From NCBI GenBank assembly GCA_036490895.1, contig DASXDB010000132.1:1-44558 (forward strand): DNA of 44,558 nt. Direction: 5' to 3'. Shown here piece by piece: positions 42,271 through 44,558 of this stretch; position 1 is the first letter of the stretch, and the number at the start of each line of letters is the position of its first letter. The notes below the pieces were generated by a model. The model made no database searches and had not been told where the DNA came from. It saw nothing but the letters and a program-made list of their open reading frames with translations. The translations under genes and the position numbers were made by a program. The DNA comes from Gaiellaceae bacterium (GTDB taxonomy: Bacteria > Actinomycetota > Thermoleophilia > Gaiellales > Gaiellaceae).

Positions 42271-43479
42271 CTAGGCGGTGACGACTGCGGCCTCGACTTC
42301 AGCCGGCGCGCGCCACGCCACGATGACGAAGGCGATCGCGCCGATGCTCATCCCACCGGCGATCTCGGTCCAGACCGCGGCATTCCCGTGGTAGCGGTAC
42401 AGCGGGCCGATGACTATCCGCCCGAGCGGTCCGCACGAGCCGCTGGCGGCCATCACGGCGGTCATCACCTTCGCGCGCAGGGCGGCCGGAGGCCGCGCCG
42501 TGATGATCCCCATGATCGGCGCGTTGACCATCGGCACGAAGAGCCCGCACAGGACGACCGCGATGCCGACGACCGGCCACGGCACCGGTGCGACGACGAT
42601 CCACAGCGGCAGCGTCGCCGCGACGATCCCGAACGCCGCGAGCTTCAGTGGTGCGAACCGGTCGAGCAGCTTCATCACGAGCACGGAGCCGGTGATCGCG
42701 CCGATGCCGAACGCGGTGAAGATCCAGCCGACGATGTGCGGGTTCCGGTCGTAGCGCGTGTAGGCGAGCAGCGGGACCGCGACCGTGATCCCGTTCGCGG
42801 CTCCGTCGAGCACGATCGTGATCAGGCTGAAGCTGCGAAGGAGCGGGTCGCGCCAGATGTAGCGCACACCTGCCATGAGGCCGCGGCTGTCCTCGTCGTC
42901 AGCAACCGGCTCGCCCCCGCGCACGAGCGTGAGCACGACGACGAACGCGAAAAGGAACGTCGCGCCGTCGACGACGAGCAGCGGCGCGGTCCCGATCCAG
43001 GCGATCAGCGCGCCGGCGATCGCCGGGCCGATCACGATCGGCAGGTGCTGCGCACCGCCGAACATGCCCGAGGCCTTCGCGACCGCCTTCTCGTCGTCGC
43101 CGAGGACCTCGGGGATGATCGAGCGCTGCGACGCGATATACGGCGTCATGAAGATGCCGAGCACGAAGACGATGAGGACGAGGAGCGAGAACGTGAGGTG
43201 GCCCGTCCAGTGGAGGAGGGGCACGAGCGCCACGAGCGGCGCGCGCAACAGGTCGGAAACGAGCATCGACGTGCGCGCGCCGAGGCGCGCGACCACCGAG
43301 CCGCTCGGGATCCCGAGCAGCGCCATCGGGAGGATCTCCGCGGCGAGCACGATGCTCATCCGGGTCGGGGAGCCCGTGGTCGCGAGCACGAACCAGGGCA
43401 GCGCCACGAAGGTCATCGCGCTGCCGGTGCTCGAGACGGCCTCGGCGGTGAGCAGCGCCGTCAGAGTCAGGTTCCTCAT
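42271..43479 (-). CDS. MFS transporter (EntS/macrolide-efflux-like MFS_3 type), 402 aa
   Basis: Start is ATG 43479. The protein has a 12-TM layout. The N-terminus LTALLTAEAVSSTGSAMTFVALPWFVL is typical of this MFS subgroup. Confidence 0.7.
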   Translation of the reverse strand: MRNLTLTALLTAEAVSSTGSAMTFVALPWFVLATTGSPTRMSIVLAAEILPMALLGIPSGSVVARLGARTSMLVSDLLRAPLVALVPLLHWTGHLTFSLLVLIVFVLGIFMTPYIASQRSIIPEVLGDDEKAVAKASGMFGGAQHLPIVIGPAIAGALIAWIGTAPLLVVDGATFLFAFVVVLTLVRGGEPVADDEDSRGLMAGVRYIWRDPLLRSFSLITIVLDGAANGITVAVPLLAYTRYDRNPHIVGWIFTAFGIGAITGSVLVMKLLDRFAPLKLAAFGIVAATLPLWIVVAPVPWPVVGIAVVLCGLFVPMVNAPIMGIITARPPAALRAKVMTAVMAASGSCGPLGRIVIGPLYRYHGNAAVWTEIAGGMSIGAIAFVIVAWRAPAEVEAAVVTA

Positions 43480-43486
43480 GCCGGCG

Positions 43487-43515
43487 AATATAGTACGTCC
43501 ATACGTTTTTGTAAA
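43487..43515 (-). promoter_or_regulatory. SigA-type promoter of the MFS/Arn-like operon; apparently leaderless
   Basis: The minus strand reads TTTACA (43515-43510), a 17-nt spacer, TATATT (43492-43487), 7 nt (CGCCGGC), then ATG 43479. A TACGT-N3-TACGT direct repeat (43494-43506) sits in the spacer. Confidence 0.5.
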
Positions 43516-43517
43516 CT
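43512..43517 (+). promoter_or_regulatory. Candidate -10 (TAAACT) for the divergent tetR gene, 6 nt before its ATG (leaderless geometry)
   Basis: TAAACT at 43512-43517 fits TAnnnT, is followed by GCGGCC and then ATG 43524, and overlaps the -35 of the opposing promoter. An alternative -10, TATAGT (43489-43494), would give a 23-nt leader. Confidence 0.3.
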
Positions 43518-43523
43518 GCGGCC

Positions 43524-44084
43524 ATGCCCAAGGTCTCCGACGCCCACCGGGAGGAGCGCCGCCGCCAGATCGCAGCGGGCGCGCGCCGCGCCTTCGGCGA
43601 GCACGGCTACGCCGGCGCGACGGTCGAGGTGCTGGAGCGGGAGATCGGCCTCTCGCGCGGCGCGGTGTTCAGCTACTTCCCCTCGAAGCTCGATCTGTTC
43701 GTCGCGCTCGCGCAGGAGGACCAGCGCCGGCTCATCGACCTGTGGCTCGAGCGCGGGTGGGAGGGTGTCGTGCGTCACATCGTCGAGGACGACCCCGAGT
43801 GGATCGGCGTGTACCTCGACGCGTCGCGGATGCTGCGGACCGACCCAGAGCTGCGCGAACGCTGGCGGGCGCTCAACCCGGAAGGCCAAGCGGCGCTCGA
43901 GGCGCACTACCGGCGGCTGCAGGAGACCGGCGAGATCCGCGACGACGTGTCGCTCGACACGCTCGGCCGGTTCCTCGGGATCGTGTTCGACGGTATTGCA
44001 GTGCAGCAGGCGGCGCGCTTCAGCTCGCCGATCGACGTCGAGGGGACGCTCGAGCTGCTGCGGTCTGCTGTCGCGCCGAAGTAG
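43524..44084 (+). CDS. TetR/AcrR-family transcriptional regulator, 186 aa
   Basis: HTH region is RRRQIAAGARRAFGEHGYAGATVEVLEREIGLSRGAVFSYFPSKLDLF. Confidence 0.85.
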   Translation: MPKVSDAHREERRRQIAAGARRAFGEHGYAGATVEVLEREIGLSRGAVFSYFPSKLDLFVALAQEDQRRLIDLWLERGWEGVVRHIVEDDPEWIGVYLDASRMLRTDPELRERWRALNPEGQAALEAHYRRLQETGEIRDDVSLDTLGRFLGIVFDGIAVQQAARFSSPIDVEGTLELLRSAVAPK

Positions 44085-44096
44085 GATCGGACGTCC

Positions 44097-44558
44097 GTGC
44101 GGACCGTTCTCTTCGTCGGCGCAGGCCGCCACCAGCGCCGTGCGATTCTCCGGGCGAAAGAGCTGGGCCTTCGCGTCGCGGCCGTCGATCGAAACCCCGA
44201 CGCACCGGGGCTCCCGGAGGCGGACATCGCGAAGGTCGTCGACTTCTCCGACGTCGAGGCGGTGCTGAAGGCGACCGCGCGCCTGAAGATCGACGGCGTG
44301 CTCACGGTGTCCGCCGATCGCGCGGTCCCGGTCGTCGCCGCCGTCGCCGAAGCCCGCGGCCTACCGGGGATCGGCACGGCGACCGCGCACCTGATGACGC
44401 ACAAGGTCGCGATGCGCCGCCGGCTGGCCGAGGCGGGCGTGCCGCAGCCGCGCTTCGCCGCCGTGCGGACGCTGTCCGAGACGCGGCGTGCCGGCGACGA
44501 GGTCGGGTTCCCGGCGGTGCTGAAGCCGGCCGACAGCGGCGGCCAGCGCGGCGTGTTC
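44097..44558 (+). CDS. ATP-grasp ligase, paralogue of 29447..30661; 3' end cut by window edge (154 codons visible)
   Basis: This gene is not in the ORF track because no stop is reached. Hand translation from GTG 44097 gives VRTVLFVGAGRHQRRAILRAKELGLRVAAVDRNPDAPGLPEADIAKVVDFSDVEAVLKATARLKIDGVLTVSADRAVPVVAAVAEARGLPGIG...RRRLAEAGVPQPRFAAV...GFPAVLKPADSGGQRGVF. It is colinear with RLLVLGAGPAQLGLLEAAHERGLWVAVVDRDPAAPGF...RERLGEAGVPQPRWWV...PVVVKAPDRQGQKG of the other copy. AGGA lies 10 nt upstream. Confidence 0.75.
   Translation, partial: MRTVLFVGAGRHQRRAILRAKELGLRVAAVDRNPDAPGLPEADIAKVVDFSDVEAVLKATARLKIDGVLTVSADRAVPVVAAVAEARGLPGIGTATAHLMTHKVAMRRRLAEAGVPQPRFAAVRTLSETRRAGDEVGFPAVLKPADSGGQRGVF

Noticed and set aside
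1-44558. Search for CRISPR arrays, tRNA/rRNA genes, transposases/integrases, terminal inverted repeats, prophage genes, and toxin-antitoxin or nuclease/helicase-type defence genes
   Set aside because: I found no regularly spaced repeats, no tRNA-like cloverleaf candidates in the few non-coding stretches, and no ORF with recombinase, nuclease, helicase or STAND-ATPase-type motifs. The composition looks uniform, with no obvious island boundaries.

Overview
The window is very GC-rich (about 70 % by eye, not computed; third codon positions are almost all G/C) and extremely gene-dense. It has an actinobacterial flavour: many GTG starts, 4-nt start/stop overlaps, apparently leaderless promoters, and GT87/DUF2029 and GT-C membrane glycosyltransferases. 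I call 39 protein-coding genes, the first and last cut by the window edges. I found no rRNA, tRNA, CRISPR array, transposase/integrase, phage or recognisable defence/toxin genes.

Nt ~1-32,520 is one large cell-surface glycan biosynthesis locus:
- A plus-strand arm (3009-16603, 11 genes) and a minus-strand arm (32522-16587, 13 genes) converge and overlap by 17 nt.
- Two more minus-strand GT4 genes and a truncated Gfo/Idh/MocA oxidoreductase lie at the left edge.
- Content: about 10 GT-A/GT-B catalytic domains (one gene is a GT4-GT4 fusion), a Wzx flippase, a Wzy/O-antigen-ligase-family protein, two of the window's three DegT aminotransferases, and two AsnB-type amidotransferases.
- Also present: three SAM methyltransferases, an LbH acetyltransferase, a WbpP-like epimerase, an RmlB-like dehydratase, an ATP-grasp ligase, a heparinase II/III-like protein, an ArnC-like polyprenyl-phosphate GT2, a flippase-like (LPG_synthase_TM) protein and a 595-aa GT-C-like membrane protein.

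The right third carries:
- a DUF402 gene and an MFS gene preceded by an unusually structured 217-nt leader;
- a tetR-MFS(DHA2)-acdS (ACC deaminase) array with a duplicated 16-bp operator-like motif;
- a TetR-flanked operon of MFS, an ArnA-decarboxylase-like SDR, an aminotransferase and two GT-C/GT87 membrane transferases;
- a second ATP-grasp paralogue running off the right edge.

I see no obviously new stand-alone system such as a defence island. The best novelty candidates are two Arn-like, lipid-carrier-dependent envelope-modification modules in an organism that probably lacks lipid A (one of them wired to TetR/MFS), an ATP-grasp ligase embedded between a 4,6-dehydratase and an aminotransferase, and the amide-forming enzyme load of the glycan locus. 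All functional calls rest on motif-level recognition by eye. No database search was run.
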